DNA of 64,000 bases from Isurus oxyrinchus (taxonomy: Eukaryota), in the NCBI GenBank assembly GCA_026770705.1, contig JANJGN010000021.1, positions 89,404,001 through 89,468,000 of the forward strand. Direction: 5' to 3'. The notes below the pieces were generated by a model. The model ran no database searches. It worked only from the letters and a program-made list of their open reading frames with translations, and was not told the DNA's origin. The position numbers and the translations under genes are program-made. Shown here piece by piece: positions 62,900-64,000 of this stretch (its first letter is position 1; each line of letters starts with the position of its first letter).

Positions 62900-63900
62900 C
62901 AGTTAATTAAAATCTGAGGTAACAAAAAGAGCTACCTCCCTATAAAGTAAAGCGATGTCAGTATAAGGGAATGAGCTGATCCGTAAGTAGCTGGTGAGTC
63001 TTTATCTAAATCTTAAACAATTAATTGACTTAACAGTAATAATTTTAATAAATGGAGGCATGACAGAACATTCTGGTCCTCTGGGATGCATATCCTGTTT
63101 CACGTGGGAAGTCCAGGACACTTGTCCCGGACCACACATACAAGAAGTGTCATCAGCCAGAGAAACTTGAACTCCAGGTATCGGAACTTGACCAACAGCT
63201 GGCATCATTGCAGCACATCTACGGGTGAACAGTTTCATGGATAGCATGTTTCTGGAGGTAGTCACTGCACAGCTTAAGGGTGTACAGCAGAGAATAAATG
63301 GGTGACTGCCAGGCAGCCAAGGAAGACCAGGTAGATGGTGCAACAGTCCAAGTCTATCTTGTTGACCAACCGCTTTCCAGTTTTGAATTCTGGTGAAAGT
63401 GACAGATCCTAAGGGGAGTGCATATCGAGTTGCTGCAGAGCACTCGAAGTGGGGTGGGATGGAGGCATGTGGAGGGGGTGAGGCTGAACAGCTGGCATTC
63501 ATGATCCATTTTGGTGCCAACGACATAGGCAGAAAGAAGGATGAGATCCTGCAGGCCAATTTTAGGAAGTAAGAAATGAAACTAGCGGGAGCAGCACCTC
63601 AAAAGGTTGTAATATCCACAATACTCCCAATGCCATGCACCAGTGAATATAGAATAGGATAGAGCATGTGAATGCATTGCTGCAGTGATGGTGTTGGAGG
63701 AAGTGTGTTAGATTCATGAGACATTGGGGCCAGTTCTGGAAGATGGGCCTGTACAGGTTGGGCAGGTTTCAAACAAACTGAACTAGTACCAATGTCCTTG
63801 TGGGGCGGTTTGCTTGGGCTGCCGGGAGGGTTTAAACAAAATCAGTAAGGAGATGGGAACCAGGCTGTAAATCAAAGAGGGAAAACAAGATGCACAAGCA
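62900..63900 (+). mobile_element. CR1 LINE 5' region (ORF1 with SGNH esterase remnant)
   Basis: C-x-x-C-like N-terminus and IHFGANDIGRKKDEIL (GxND block); a similar esterase remnant lies at ~48205-48630. Confidence 0.7.
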
Positions 63901-64000
63901 ACACTACAGTAAGAAATAGTAAGGCATTAGTTGGGTCCAAAGAAAGAGGATATGCTGTCAGCAGCAAATGTCGGAAAGAAATAATCTATGATTGGAGGCT

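Noticed and set aside
63002-63559. 185-aa minus-strand ORF
   Set aside because: Antisense to a decayed CR1 ORF1; no domain signal.
1-64000. CRISPR arrays, operons or rRNA genes
   Set aside because: Intron-containing eukaryotic DNA; no regularly spaced repeat-spacer array or rRNA-like sequence seen.

Overview
Repeat-rich vertebrate genomic DNA. The repeat landscape (CR1/L2 LINEs, Deu-domain and tRNA-derived SINEs, Penelope pseudo-LTRs, Harbinger-type MITEs) suggests a cartilaginous fish; this is inference. The window holds a tandem cluster of three + strand CD2/SLAM-family Ig receptor loci. Gene A (3836-19963; leader exon not resolved) splices into an open IgV-IgC2-TM-tail frame with an ITSM (TIYDEI). 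Gene B (39104-43639) has leader, IgV, IgC2 and a terminal TM exon carrying an intramembrane Arg and a motif-free ~8-aa tail, the layout of an adaptor-coupled activating receptor, but its leader and V exons contain stops. Gene C (51946-52527) is a leader+V pseudogene inside a segmental duplicate of B's upstream region. The A and B V exons are ~92% identical (hand count 26/327 differences), with similarity ending at the splice sites, while their C2 domains are only ~48% identical in protein. This points to a paired inhibitory/switch plus activating SLAM-like receptor system kept similar by V-exon gene conversion. The window also has a young Penelope element (GIY-YIG ORF, 15-bp TSD) and several mini pseudo-LTR copies carrying minimal hammerhead-ribozyme motifs. 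All alignments and counts were done by eye; repeat boundaries are approximate.
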